DNA from: a virus | Strand: one strand, 5' to 3' | Length of the DNA stretch: 64,000 bases | IMG/VR virus record: IMGVR_UViG_3300032287_001974 | Span: 1-64,000 of that record | Part shown: positions 16,511 through 25,982 of the stretch, in pieces | Numbering within the stretch: position 1 is the stretch's first letter | How the letters are laid out: the number at the start of each line of letters is the position of its first letter | Notes under the pieces: model-generated | Told to the model about the DNA's origin: nothing | Database searches by the model: none | What the model saw: the letters and a program-made list of their open reading frames with translations, nothing else | Translations under genes and position numbers: made by a program

Positions 16511-17578
16511 ATGGCATCAGGTATAACGGGTACCGGCAATCTAGCCGCAGCCCCTACCTCATACTCGGGTACTAACACCCAGCTAACTCAGGCGATTCAG
16601 CAGATCTGGTCAAAGGAAATCCTTTTCCAGGCTATGCCAATCCTTCGCTTTGAGCAGTTCGCAGTTAAGAAGACAGAACTAGGTGTTGCACCTGGTCTTC
16701 AGATTAACTTCCTGCGTTACAACAACCTCGGAGCAGCTTCACCGCTCGTTGAAGGTGTACGTATGCAGACCAACGCGCTAACCGCACAGCAGTTCTCGAT
16801 CACCGTTTCGGAGCACGGATACGCACTTGCTGTATCAGAGCTTCTTCTTAACGCTTCGTTCGACGACGTAATGGCATCGGCTTCGCGTCTTCTAGGTCGC
16901 AACATGGCTCTTTACCTAGACAAGTTGTCACGCGACACTCTATACAGCGCGACTTCAACCATCTATGGTGAGGACCGCTCAGGCCTTGCAGGTGTGAACA
17001 ACTGGTACGCTTACGGAGTTAACGGCACCACCCGTGCTTCGATGACCGGTTCGAACTTCCTAACCCCTCGCACCGTCAAGGATGCAGTTGAGACCCTCTC
17101 GACCAAGAACATCCCAAGACTAGGCGAGACCTACGTTGCGTTCGTTCACCCGCACCAGAGCCGTCGTCTACGCGACAACCCAGAGTTCATTGAAGTAACC
17201 AAGTACGCTGCACCTGGTAACTTCATGCTAGGTGAGATCGGCCGTCTATACGACACCGTATTCATCGAGACTACTCAGGTTCGCCGTACACCTAACGGTG
17301 CCGGTACCAACTACACCACCGACACAGCTGCTGCTTACACAGTAACTCCTGGTGGAGGTTACATCACTCCAAACGACTTTACCGGTAACGGTAGCTCGGA
17401 CCGCTACGACGCCATCTTCATTGGTGACAACGCATTCGGTCACGCTATCTCGCTTCCAGTAGAGCTCCGCGATGGTGGTATTCTAGACTTCGGTCGTGAG
17501 CACGCCCTTGCTTGGTACTCAATCTTCGGTCTTGGTCTAATCACTGACCAGGCTGTTGTGATTGCAGAAACCAACTAG
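16511..17578 (+). CDS. Major capsid protein (N4-gp56 family)
   Basis: Position, 355 aa, YVAFVHPHQ and GEIGRLYDTVFIETT motifs, strong codon bias. Confidence 0.92.
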   Translation: MASGITGTGNLAAAPTSYSGTNTQLTQAIQQIWSKEILFQAMPILRFEQFAVKKTELGVAPGLQINFLRYNNLGAASPLVEGVRMQTNALTAQQFSITVSEHGYALAVSELLLNASFDDVMASASRLLGRNMALYLDKLSRDTLYSATSTIYGEDRSGLAGVNNWYAYGVNGTTRASMTGSNFLTPRTVKDAVETLSTKNIPRLGETYVAFVHPHQSRRLRDNPEFIEVTKYAAPGNFMLGEIGRLYDTVFIETTQVRRTPNGAGTNYTTDTAAAYTVTPGGGYITPNDFTGNGSSDRYDAIFIGDNAFGHAISLPVELRDGGILDFGREHALAWYSIFGLGLITDQAVVIAETN

Positions 17579-17591
17579 TAGTACCCCGATT

Positions 17592-17623
17592 AGTGGGGGG
17601 TCAGAAATGGCCCCCCACTTTTC
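17592..17623 (+). terminator. Intrinsic terminator
   Basis: AGTGGGGGG/CCCCCCACT stem followed by TTT. Confidence 0.75.
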
Positions 17624-17657
17624 ACCCCCCATCAGTTACTAATCAGGAGAATACCCC

Positions 17658-18026
17658 GTGGCTACACAAAAAAAGGCAACCGACTTTACAGGACGTCAGC
17701 GCGACAAGCTTGCGCAAGAAAATCTAGAGGCTATGCAGGAACGCGCTACTGAAATGGCGCTTGCTACTGCAGAAGCAGCTTTCAAGGTTGAGAACGAAAT
17801 TCTCGACGCAACCAAGCCAAACCTAGTTGAGACTATCGTAGTAGACGACATCACAACTACAGGCGCAAGCGGCAAGACTGTCGTAATCCGAGTCGCAGAG
17901 GACATCGAATCGATGACCCTAGGCGCTGGCAATTACTACACTTTTAAGGCTGGTCAGAAGTACGAAGTGACCCCAGAGGTCGCAGCTCACCTAGAGCAAA
18001 AGGGCTACCTAGCTACTCGTTACTAG
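17658..18026 (+). CDS. Head-associated hypothetical protein
   Basis: AGGAG RBS with GTG start. Confidence 0.7.
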   Translation: MATQKKATDFTGRQRDKLAQENLEAMQERATEMALATAEAAFKVENEILDATKPNLVETIVVDDITTTGASGKTVVIRVAEDIESMTLGAGNYYTFKAGQKYEVTPEVAAHLEQKGYLATRY

Positions 18027-18070
18027 ACACAGCTTCCTACGACTCAGCGGGCCTAGTGCCCGCTGTTTCG

Positions 18071-18105
18071 TTTATCCAGACTTTTCCTTACATTTAAGGC
18101 ACCAT
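18071..18105 (+). promoter_or_regulatory. Putative late promoter TTTATCCAG-N20-CACCAT
   Basis: Repeated motif directly after the terminator at 18045-18070. Confidence 0.55.
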
Positions 18106-18135
18106 AGTTATAGTGAATCCGTTAGGGGCTATTAA

Positions 18136-19200
18136 ATGGCAACTCTCTTAGACCTAGTGGCTAAGGTAAGAACTGAACTGAACGACCAGCCTCGTCAGTT
18201 CACTAAGTCGTTCACGGGGGACGGCGCAACTAAAGACTTTGTTCTTGGTTATAAGCCAATCGATGCCAACACTCTTTTAGTTACCTCGGGTAACACAACC
18301 CTTACCAACCCAACAACCTACACAGTTGAGGCCGGGATTGGTGTCGTTCACACTGTAACCGCTCCAGCATCTAACGTAGTTCTTAAGGTAGTTGGTAGCG
18401 TTTACCGATACTTCTCTGATGCCGAAATTGAGTATTTTGTAAATACTGCTGTAACTCAGCACACCTTTAACCGCACAGACGGCTACGGTCGGCAGATGAA
18501 CATTAGCATGTTGCCAGAGGTCGAGGTCTATCCAATAACGATCTTGTCTACAATAGAGGCCCTATACGCCCTGGCAACAGACGCTTCTTTTGATATTGAC
18601 ATCCAAGCTCCAGACGGTGTCACAATCCCGCGAGCGCAGCGATACAGCCAGCTCATGGGCCTAATTGCTCAACGCCAGGAACAGTACCGCAACATTTGTT
18701 CCGCCCTTAACATCGGCCTCTGGCGTATCGAAATCGGCGTTCTGCGCCGCGTCAGCAGGACAACAAACAAGCTTGTGCCTGTTTACATGCCGCAAGAGGT
18801 TGATGACGCTAGAAAGCCGGAGAGGGTCTATTTGCAGAACGACCTTACTGGTCGCAGCCCGCTACCTACTACCGTAGGAATCTACGACCTAGTTATTGAA
18901 GAAGGCGACAACTTCTCTGTAGTCTTGGACTTCCCTGACGACACTAACTTTAACGACCTAGTTTGGAAAGCCCAGATCCGTACTTACCCAGGCTCCCCTA
19001 CTTTGTGGGCAACTATGACCACTGCCGTTAATAACTCAACGCTAAAGAAGCTCACTATCTCCTTAACTAAGGAACAGACTAAATATCTGCCAGTTCGTTG
19101 CTCATGGGACATCCAGGCCACATCAATTGCTGACCCTACACAAACTCGTACTTACCTTCGTGGTCAGGTGTTTGTAAACAAGCAGGTGACTGTAGACTAA
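18136..19200 (+). CDS. Head-to-tail adaptor/neck protein
   Basis: LVAKVRTELND...YFSDAEIEYF adaptor motifs with an inserted beta-domain and a C-terminal Ig-like domain. Confidence 0.7.
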   Translation: MATLLDLVAKVRTELNDQPRQFTKSFTGDGATKDFVLGYKPIDANTLLVTSGNTTLTNPTTYTVEAGIGVVHTVTAPASNVVLKVVGSVYRYFSDAEIEYFVNTAVTQHTFNRTDGYGRQMNISMLPEVEVYPITILSTIEALYALATDASFDIDIQAPDGVTIPRAQRYSQLMGLIAQRQEQYRNICSALNIGLWRIEIGVLRRVSRTTNKLVPVYMPQEVDDARKPERVYLQNDLTGRSPLPTTVGIYDLVIEEGDNFSVVLDFPDDTNFNDLVWKAQIRTYPGSPTLWATMTTAVNNSTLKKLTISLTKEQTKYLPVRCSWDIQATSIADPTQTRTYLRGQVFVNKQVTVD

Positions 19201-19553
19201 TGGTAGACACAATCATTGTAACTCCGGCTGCCCCCGTCACTGTAGGGGTGTACTCCGGACAGCCTGGCCCCCCAGGAGCTACTGGTGCTACTGGTGCTAC
19301 TGGTGCTACTGGTCCTGCTGGACCACAAGGACCTGCGGGAATTAATGGAACTACACAGGTTATCGCATACACCCATACGCAAAATGCGGTATCCTCTACT
19401 TGGAGCATTACACATAATCTGAGTTTCAAACCTAACGTCTCAACTACGGATTCCTCCGGATTCGGTATGGAGGGAACAGTTAGCTACACGAGCGCTACCA
19501 CTCTAACTATTGAATTTGGCTTCGGCACAACCGGATTTGCGTATCTATCTTAG
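19200..19553 (+). CDS. Collagen-like fibre protein
   Basis: GQPGPPGATGATGATGATGPAGPQGPAG followed by a YTHTQ...WSITHNL domain. Confidence 0.8.
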   Translation: MVDTIIVTPAAPVTVGVYSGQPGPPGATGATGATGATGPAGPQGPAGINGTTQVIAYTHTQNAVSSTWSITHNLSFKPNVSTTDSSGFGMEGTVSYTSATTLTIEFGFGTTGFAYLS

Positions 19554-19561
19554 GAAAGTAA

Positions 19562-21250
19562 ATGGCCCGTAATTTTTATACCCCAATCAACCTGAATGGT
19601 CTTGAACTTCAAGACGCTGCGGTAGGTAACCTATCGACTACGTCGATCAACGCCATAACTTCGGGAACTGGTCGTATCCAGTATGACTCCACCCTAAACG
19701 TCCTTAAGTACCGCGATAACTCGGGCTGGCAGACTATCTCTACCGGTGGCGGCTCGTTTACCCTCGGTAGCACTAGCATTTCGCTAGGTGGCACAGTTAC
19801 CACAGTTGCAGGTCTTACTCTTTCAGGCCCTACATTTAGCGGCACTATTACTACGCCGCTTACCACTGCTGGTTATGTAACCAATAACGGCAGCGGTGTT
19901 CTAGGGTCTGTAACCACAATCCCTAACGCTGGCCTTACTAACTCAACTATTTCTGGCGTTTCTCTGGGTGGCACCCTAGGTGCTCTTAGCCTAGGAACCG
20001 GCCTTTCTTACGACGCTGGCACTACCTACACAGGTGGCACAGCCCGTACACTAAGCGTTGCTACTGGCTCTACTTCGACTGCTGGTATTGTCTCCCTAAC
20101 TGACTCTACTTCGTCTACAAGCACTACGACTGCCGCTACCCCAAACAGCGTTAAGTCTGCATACGACTTGGCTAATGCTGCCCTACCAAAAGCTGGTGGC
20201 ACCATGTCTGGTGCTATCGCTATGGGCAGCAGCAAGATTACGGGTCTTGGAACCCCTACTGCGTCAGATGATGCGGCTACTAAAGCTTACGTTGACAACG
20301 TGTCTCAGGGCCTTAATGTGCACGATGCTGTTAACTATGCAACTACCGCTGCTCTAGGCACTACCGGTAACCTTGTCGGTGGAACTATTACTACCACTTA
20401 CGCAAACGGAACTAGCGGCGAGGGCGCGACCCTTACTATTGCTACTTCGTCTAACTGGACAGCAATCACAATTGACGGCCAGTCGCTCACTGTTACCAAC
20501 CGTGTGCTTATTAAGAACCAGTCATCCGCCCTACAGAATGGTATTTATACCGTAACCTCTGTGGGTGCTGTGGGAAATACCACTTCGTTTGTGTTTACCC
20601 GTGCAACAGACAACGATCAGGTCCCAGAACTCGAAGCCGGTGACCTAACTTACGTAATTGCGGGTACTGCAAACGGCGGTAACGGATACGTCCAGACCGC
20701 TGTAGTAACCACAGTTGGTAGCTCGTCGGTTACTTGGTCTCAGTTCTCTGGTTCATCTACCACTCTTGCAGGTGCTGGTCTTACTCCTAACGGAACTAAC
20801 CCTAACCAAATTGACGTCGGCTCTACAACACTTACCGTAACCTCAAACGCCGTCGATCTTGCAACTGTTACTCCAAGCAACTCTGGTTCGGCAAGCGCCG
20901 CTACTATCGTAGATGACATAACAGTTGACAGCTACGGTCGCGTAACTGGTGTGACTTACACGTCTGTCCCGTTCACCGCCCTGGGTACCACTACCTCTAC
21001 TGCCACAGCTACAGCCGCTTCTGGAACGATTACCTCTGCTCGCCGCGTAACCGGCGTAGGTATTGGTACTGGTACAGCAATGGTTGTAAACCACGGCCTT
21101 GGTCAATGGGTACACGCCCAGATCTTTGACACTAGCGGTAACCTAGTTGAAACTGACGTATTAAACGCCTCTACCAACAGCGGAACTACGACATTTACAT
21201 TTGCTTCTTCGCAGACCTTGACTGGATTCCAGTACGTTATTGTAGGTTAG
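19562..21250 (+). CDS. Tail/neck fibre protein
   Basis: Fibre repeat STAGIVSLTDST...AATPNSVKSAYD; ITGLGTPTASDDAATKAYVD; RVLIKNQS...NGIY. Confidence 0.85.
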   Translation: MARNFYTPINLNGLELQDAAVGNLSTTSINAITSGTGRIQYDSTLNVLKYRDNSGWQTISTGGGSFTLGSTSISLGGTVTTVAGLTLSGPTFSGTITTPLTTAGYVTNNGSGVLGSVTTIPNAGLTNSTISGVSLGGTLGALSLGTGLSYDAGTTYTGGTARTLSVATGSTSTAGIVSLTDSTSSTSTTTAATPNSVKSAYDLANAALPKAGGTMSGAIAMGSSKITGLGTPTASDDAATKAYVDNVSQGLNVHDAVNYATTAALGTTGNLVGGTITTTYANGTSGEGATLTIATSSNWTAITIDGQSLTVTNRVLIKNQSSALQNGIYTVTSVGAVGNTTSFVFTRATDNDQVPELEAGDLTYVIAGTANGGNGYVQTAVVTTVGSSSVTWSQFSGSSTTLAGAGLTPNGTNPNQIDVGSTTLTVTSNAVDLATVTPSNSGSASAATIVDDITVDSYGRVTGVTYTSVPFTALGTTTSTATATAASGTITSARRVTGVGIGTGTAMVVNHGLGQWVHAQIFDTSGNLVETDVLNASTNSGTTTFTFASSQTLTGFQYVIVG

Positions 21251-21259
21251 ACTTAACCT

Positions 21260-21796
21260 ATGGCAAGGACTATATATACGGACCTTACGGCCACTGGTCG
21301 TACATTTACCGCCGCTACCTTCTCAGGTAACCTTTCTGGAACCATAAACAGCATTACTATCTCCGGCACATCTAGCACAACCATGACGCTGCCTTCTACT
21401 ACGGCAACTATTGCTAGAACTGACGCGGCTCAGACCTTTACAGGAGTGCAGACGTTTAATGGAAACGTCATTTACCACATTGCTACAAACGCCCAAACCG
21501 CGTCCTACACCCTTGTTTTAGCGGATGATGGAAAAATAGTTGAAGTCAGCAACGCATCTGCTAACACCGTGACTATTCCATTGAACTCCGCGGTTGCTTT
21601 TCCTGTAGGAACTCAAATTACCGTTATTCAAACAGGCGCTGGACAGACAAGCTTTGCAGTTACTGCTGGTGTGACTCTTAACGCTACCCCACAAGCAACC
21701 GCAAACACCGCAAAGCTTCGTGCCCAATGGTCCTCAGTAACCCTACTCAAGCGTGACACAAATATTTGGGTTGCCATGGGCGATTTGACGTTCTAA
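21260..21796 (+). CDS. Fibre-associated protein
   Basis: SYTLVLADDGK...FPVGTQITVIQ...LRAQWSSVTLLK...W...GDL domain. Confidence 0.7.
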   Translation: MARTIYTDLTATGRTFTAATFSGNLSGTINSITISGTSSTTMTLPSTTATIARTDAAQTFTGVQTFNGNVIYHIATNAQTASYTLVLADDGKIVEVSNASANTVTIPLNSAVAFPVGTQITVIQTGAGQTSFAVTAGVTLNATPQATANTAKLRAQWSSVTLLKRDTNIWVAMGDLTF

Positions 21797-22332
21797 TGGC
21801 TATAAGTGGCGGTATTGCCGCGGGAGCAGGGAAAGAGCCTGACAGGCCTACGTCTGTGTCAGCCACGGCCGGTAATGCCTCAGCAACCGTCTCCTTTACA
21901 GCTTCCACCCATAAGGGCAAAGGAAACTCAATTGCTACGTATGTAGCTACCTCTTCCCCTACAGGAATAACTGGCACTAGCTCAACTTCACCAGTTACTG
22001 TTAACGCTCTGTCTAACGGTACTGCCTATACTTTTACTGTTGTAGCCAATGCAACCTACGGGGCTTCAACTATAACTAGTGCGGCATCAGTTGCAAGCAA
22101 CTCTGTTACCCCAGTAGCCCCAACTACCACTACTACCACTACTACCACGACAACTACAACCACCACAACCACCACAACCACTGCGGGAACTACCGCAGCC
22201 CCTAACTACAAACGTTGTACTTCTGCCCAAGTTTCTGTGGGTTGTTGTACGAGCACAAGCTGCTGTGTCGTAGGTGGTGGCGGTGTTTCTTGTGCTACCC
22301 CATCTTGTGGTGGTACGCTAACTTGTTTCTAA
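21796..22332 (+). CDS. Fibre-tip protein: FN3 domain, poly-Thr linker, 8-Cys C-terminal knot
   Basis: PDRPTSVSATAGNASATVSF...LSNGTAYTFTVVA FN3; 20 Thr codons; TAATG overlap places the start at 21796. Confidence 0.8.
   Translation: MAISGGIAAGAGKEPDRPTSVSATAGNASATVSFTASTHKGKGNSIATYVATSSPTGITGTSSTSPVTVNALSNGTAYTFTVVANATYGASTITSAASVASNSVTPVAPTTTTTTTTTTTTTTTTTTTTAGTTAAPNYKRCTSAQVSVGCCTSTSCCVVGGGGVSCATPSCGGTLTCF
22123..22182 (+). repeat. ACN x20 poly-threonine tract
   Basis: 20 consecutive Thr codons with mixed third positions. Confidence 0.9.
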
Positions 22333-22349
22333 GATGTTAGGATTTATAT

Positions 22350-22739
22350 ATGCTTACTGATGCTGATCTAGAGTTTGTGCACCAAGGCACTAATGGGGTT
22401 GCACTAGTTTGGGTTATTGACGAACAGTGCCTCTATGATTTGCCGCTATCTGTAGAGCACGCGTTTATCTTTCAAGAAGCGGACGAGGTGCTGGACGTAT
22501 CGGAAGACTACTCAGACCACGACGGCATTACAGTGGAGTTCCGTAAAAATGGCGTGACCCTAGAAACCCTGCAGACAGGTGAGTACTTCGGCAGTATTTT
22601 GCTAAGTAACCCTTTGGTATTAGACCTGCATCAGTACCCTTACGGACTGTACGTAAGCTCCCCAGACGCACTATTCCAAAACGGTGAGTTTGTTATACTT
22701 GACCACGACGTAACAGGAGAGGACCCTTTCTATGAGTAA
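22350..22739 (+). CDS. Putative fibre chaperone, copy 2
   Basis: Modules shared with 8630..8992; leaderless start 6 nt after TGTTAGGAT. Confidence 0.55.
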   Translation: MLTDADLEFVHQGTNGVALVWVIDEQCLYDLPLSVEHAFIFQEADEVLDVSEDYSDHDGITVEFRKNGVTLETLQTGEYFGSILLSNPLVLDLHQYPYGLYVSSPDALFQNGEFVILDHDVTGEDPFYE

Positions 22740-22962
22740 GAGTCGCTGGGAGCAGTACAAAGAAAAAAATGGCGTTACTCCTCTAGATTTGTTAAACCCT
22801 AAAACCATAAAAATTGATCTCACTGCCGCAACCGCGCGAATGGATATCTGTAAAAGTTGTCCAGAACTTATAGGTCTTACCCACCAGTGCAAAAAGTGTG
22901 GGTGCTTCATGGACGTTAAAACTAAGCTAGAGGCGGCTAAATGCCCTCTCGGCAAGTGGTAG
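22732..22962 (+). CDS. Small Cys-rich (DUF6171-like) protein, copy 2
   Basis: RMDICKSCPEL...QCKKCGCFMDVKT...CPLGKW. Confidence 0.8.
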   Translation: MSKSRWEQYKEKNGVTPLDLLNPKTIKIDLTAATARMDICKSCPELIGLTHQCKKCGCFMDVKTKLEAAKCPLGKW

Positions 22963-24008
22963 CGACTACTCGCTGGGACGAGTATAAAAAGAAGCACGGC
23001 GTTACGTCGCCTCTTAAGTACCCAATTGCAATGGCGCAGATTGACCCTAATGGGCTCTGCAACGTTGGCTGTTGGTTTTGCCCTGTAGGCTACGCGCCTA
23101 ACCCCGAAGTAGGCAAAAAGAACATGCCCATAGAGGTTCTTGACAGCATCCTTAAGCAGCTACACGAGGGCAAAGGTAGTTTTGTTTCTCGCGGCTTTGA
23201 TTTTATATACACCGCTCATTACAACGAGGTCCTGCTGTACAGGCACTTTGAAGAGATGTTGGCCCTCTTTCGAAAGTACGGGTTTAAAACAATGATCCTT
23301 ACTAATGGGACCCCCCTTACCCCGGCTAAGACAGACATCATAAAACAGTACCCTGATGTCGTATATGGTATTTGCTTTAATACTCCCTCAGCAAACCAAG
23401 AACGCTGGTCCAAGGCTGTAGGAATGAACGAAAAGATATTTGCCAAGCTTCTTTCTAATATTAGCTACGCTATCGAACAACTCCCTGAGATGTTTGAGAC
23501 CAAGCGCCTATCGATCCAAGTAAACGGCCTCAATAAAATGTCGTTGTTTGAGTATGGTGGTTGGATAGATAAACTACAGAACGCTCCAGAAATAGACCTA
23601 GACCCAGAAACGGGCTCCCTTGCTACAGAGGTTGCTGAATTTGAATCCCTATTCCCAGGCATGCAGGTGTACGGTATGCCAAGCCTTATTGATCGAGCAG
23701 GGCACCTAGACAAACATGGGGTTATAACTAACGCTCGTGCTATTGAGTCCTACAGCAAGGGCGACAAGACTCGTGTAGTGGGCTGTGGCAACGGCAAGGA
23801 GGTCGGCGGTAGACCTAATGGGTGGCTGCACGTAAACGCTAATGGTGACGTATTTATCTGCTGTAACGATTATGACTTTGAAAGTACATTTGCTAACGTT
23901 GCAGATAAGCCTTTAAAGGATATCTGGCACGGCTCAGAGCACACCACTATGATACAGCAAGCCTACGACACTATATGTAGGACCTGCTCAGCTGCAATTT
24001 GGGAGTAA
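22956..24008 (+). CDS. Radical SAM protein with SPASM/Twitch domain
   Basis: CNVGCWFC (CxxxCxxC); YNEVLL; LTNGT; C...WLHVNANGDVFICCND...KDIW...CRTC; start is GTG 22956 or ATG 22941. Confidence 0.9.
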   Translation: MVATTRWDEYKKKHGVTSPLKYPIAMAQIDPNGLCNVGCWFCPVGYAPNPEVGKKNMPIEVLDSILKQLHEGKGSFVSRGFDFIYTAHYNEVLLYRHFEEMLALFRKYGFKTMILTNGTPLTPAKTDIIKQYPDVVYGICFNTPSANQERWSKAVGMNEKIFAKLLSNISYAIEQLPEMFETKRLSIQVNGLNKMSLFEYGGWIDKLQNAPEIDLDPETGSLATEVAEFESLFPGMQVYGMPSLIDRAGHLDKHGVITNARAIESYSKGDKTRVVGCGNGKEVGGRPNGWLHVNANGDVFICCNDYDFESTFANVADKPLKDIWHGSEHTTMIQQAYDTICRTCSAAIWE

Positions 24009-24009
24009 C

Positions 24010-24981
24010 GTGGCAAGCATATTTATTCAACTAGCTTCATACCACGACTATGAGCTCCCCGGCACTATCTTAAACGCGCTAGAGATGTCATCGGGTAATC
24101 ACCAGATTAACTTTGGGGTTCACCACAACTACTACGAAGTAGACGATATCTTGATTCCAAATATCTCTAACGTAAAGGCCACTATAAGCAAGGCCCCCCA
24201 CAATCTAGGTATGGGCATTAGCAGAGAGATAGCGCATAACTTCTACTGCGGTGAAGACTACTATATGCAAGTAGATGCTCACACTAGGTTCAGAGAGAAC
24301 TGGGACAATAACTACATAGTCGAGATTGATTACTACAGGTCATTAGGGTTTGAGAAGCCGCTGCTGACAACCTATCCCAGAAACTACTGGTACACAGACG
24401 GCAAGATGGAGCACGATGAGGGCTGGGCAATCAGCTGCATTAGCTTTGAGGAAGATAAAGAACGGTTTGCAACCTTAAGGGTTCCTTCTCAAATGGCCTG
24501 GAGCAACCCCAAGGGAAACGTATTTAGTCGGTCCGTGTCGGGCGGCTCCATATTTACTGTAGGGCCCTTCTTTGTCCCCAACAGGCGCACACACTCAGTT
24601 GGTGAAGAGATTTTAATAGCTGCAAGGGCTTATACCCACGGGTATGACTTGCTCGTACCGAGACAGAACCAGTTGTCTCACCTTTATTACGACCACACTA
24701 AGGCGGGCGTAAACGGGCGACGTTTGGTTTGGCAAGACTTTCCTGAGAAGTCAAGTGACTTTGAAAAAATAGGGCTTGAGGAGGTTCAGTCCATATTTAA
24801 AAACAATGTCATAGGCGACCAAGGGTTTGGTACTGAACGAACTCTAGAAGAGTTTGAGGTGTTTGCTGGGTTGGATTTTGCCTCGGGAGCAGTAATTGCT
24901 AGGGAGGACGCCGGGGTTGAGACCAGACTCGCTGAGCTTTCTTGCCCAGTAGGGTTTTGGAACCCACTCTTGCGTCAATAG
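24010..24981 (+). CDS. GT60-like polypeptide N-acetylglucosaminyltransferase
   Basis: SIFIQLASYHD, SR...Y.GEDYYMQVDAHTRF..NWD (DxH), GEEI...ARAYTHGYDL, HLYY and G..RTL.EF..F.G.DF motifs of the Gnt1/GlcNAc family. Confidence 0.8.
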   Translation: MASIFIQLASYHDYELPGTILNALEMSSGNHQINFGVHHNYYEVDDILIPNISNVKATISKAPHNLGMGISREIAHNFYCGEDYYMQVDAHTRFRENWDNNYIVEIDYYRSLGFEKPLLTTYPRNYWYTDGKMEHDEGWAISCISFEEDKERFATLRVPSQMAWSNPKGNVFSRSVSGGSIFTVGPFFVPNRRTHSVGEEILIAARAYTHGYDLLVPRQNQLSHLYYDHTKAGVNGRRLVWQDFPEKSSDFEKIGLEEVQSIFKNNVIGDQGFGTERTLEEFEVFAGLDFASGAVIAREDAGVETRLAELSCPVGFWNPLLRQ

Positions 24982-25018
24982 CCCTGATTTTTTTGGCAAT
25001 ATGCGAGACACTATAAGT

Positions 25019-25110
25019 GATCAATAGACTTACCTGGTAGCAGGTAGGAACAAAAAATACCCGACAAGGTACTAGGGTAAAGCCCCCAGCAGAGGTGACT
25101 GGGGGCTTTA
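25019..25110 (+). ncRNA. Candidate ~90-nt structured sRNA
   Basis: Late-type promoter (-10 GACACT at 25007-25012), two hairpins and a terminator stem, no real ORF. Confidence 0.35.
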
Positions 25111-25166
25111 CTAATTAATTACCCGACAAAGATAACAAAATACCAGTATACTAAAAAAAGGTAATC

Positions 25167-25757
25167 ATGAGAGCACATACACCTGGCGGTAGATTTGATG
25201 CGGACTTTGAGTCCGATCGTATCAGTGAGGGAATCACTGAGGATTTAGCCAATCCCGCAGGTAACTCAGCGGACTGGTGGAAGTTCGACTCCGTGAACAA
25301 CAAGGTAGACCCTATCTATGACGTAGAACCTATCGGCACCGGAAGAACCTGGACCGGCCCGAGCGTTCTTCGAGTTATCCGCTCTACTATTACTGAGGGT
25401 TCTAACCCACTTAACCCACGTGGTTTCTACAACACAGACACGTTGCACCTTACAGTCAACATTGATGACATGTACGATGTAAGTTCAGAGCTATTCTTTG
25501 ATCGCTCTAAAATTAAACCGGCCCTTGACCTTGCAAACAAATACCGCGTTGTGTGGAAAGGGCAAGTTTACCGCCCAATCCGAACTCAACCAGCGGGCCT
25601 AGTGGCTACCCGCCACACCCTAATCGTTATTGATCTTATACAGCTAGCTCCGGATGAGCTAGTCAATGACAGTCAGTTCCTTGACTACGCTGCACCTGGC
25701 GTAGTGGGAATAGGCTATGGTAATGCACCATTCGGAAACAACCCTTACGGAGATTAA
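25167..25757 (+). CDS. Head closure/neck protein
   Basis: Position; DPIYD, GFYNTDTLHLT and RVVWKGQVYRP motifs. Confidence 0.6.
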   Translation: MRAHTPGGRFDADFESDRISEGITEDLANPAGNSADWWKFDSVNNKVDPIYDVEPIGTGRTWTGPSVLRVIRSTITEGSNPLNPRGFYNTDTLHLTVNIDDMYDVSSELFFDRSKIKPALDLANKYRVVWKGQVYRPIRTQPAGLVATRHTLIVIDLIQLAPDELVNDSQFLDYAAPGVVGIGYGNAPFGNNPYGD

Positions 25758-25979
25758 ATGCCAGTTCCAAATAAACCTGTAGTTGGAGAAACCAACTGGG
25801 GAGACAAACTTAATACTGCTCTGGACTACTTAGATAATAAAGTAGGTCCTTGGGTAGCCGTTCCTGCAACTGCTACTTCCACCGGCACTGCCGGTCAGAT
25901 AGCCTATGCTTCTGGATTTTTGTACGTATGCGTTGCTACTAACACCTGGCGTAGAACCGCCCTAACCACCTGGAGTTAA
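25758..25979 (+). CDS. Small structural protein
   Basis: WGDKLN...PATATSTGTAGQIAY...YVCVATNTWRR fibre-type motif. Confidence 0.65.
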   Translation: MPVPNKPVVGETNWGDKLNTALDYLDNKVGPWVAVPATATSTGTAGQIAYASGFLYVCVATNTWRRTALTTWS

Positions 25980-25982
25980 CCC

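Noticed and set aside
19270-19340. GGTGCTACT tandem repeat as a contingency locus
   Set aside because: Fully explained by in-frame collagen Gly-X-Y coding
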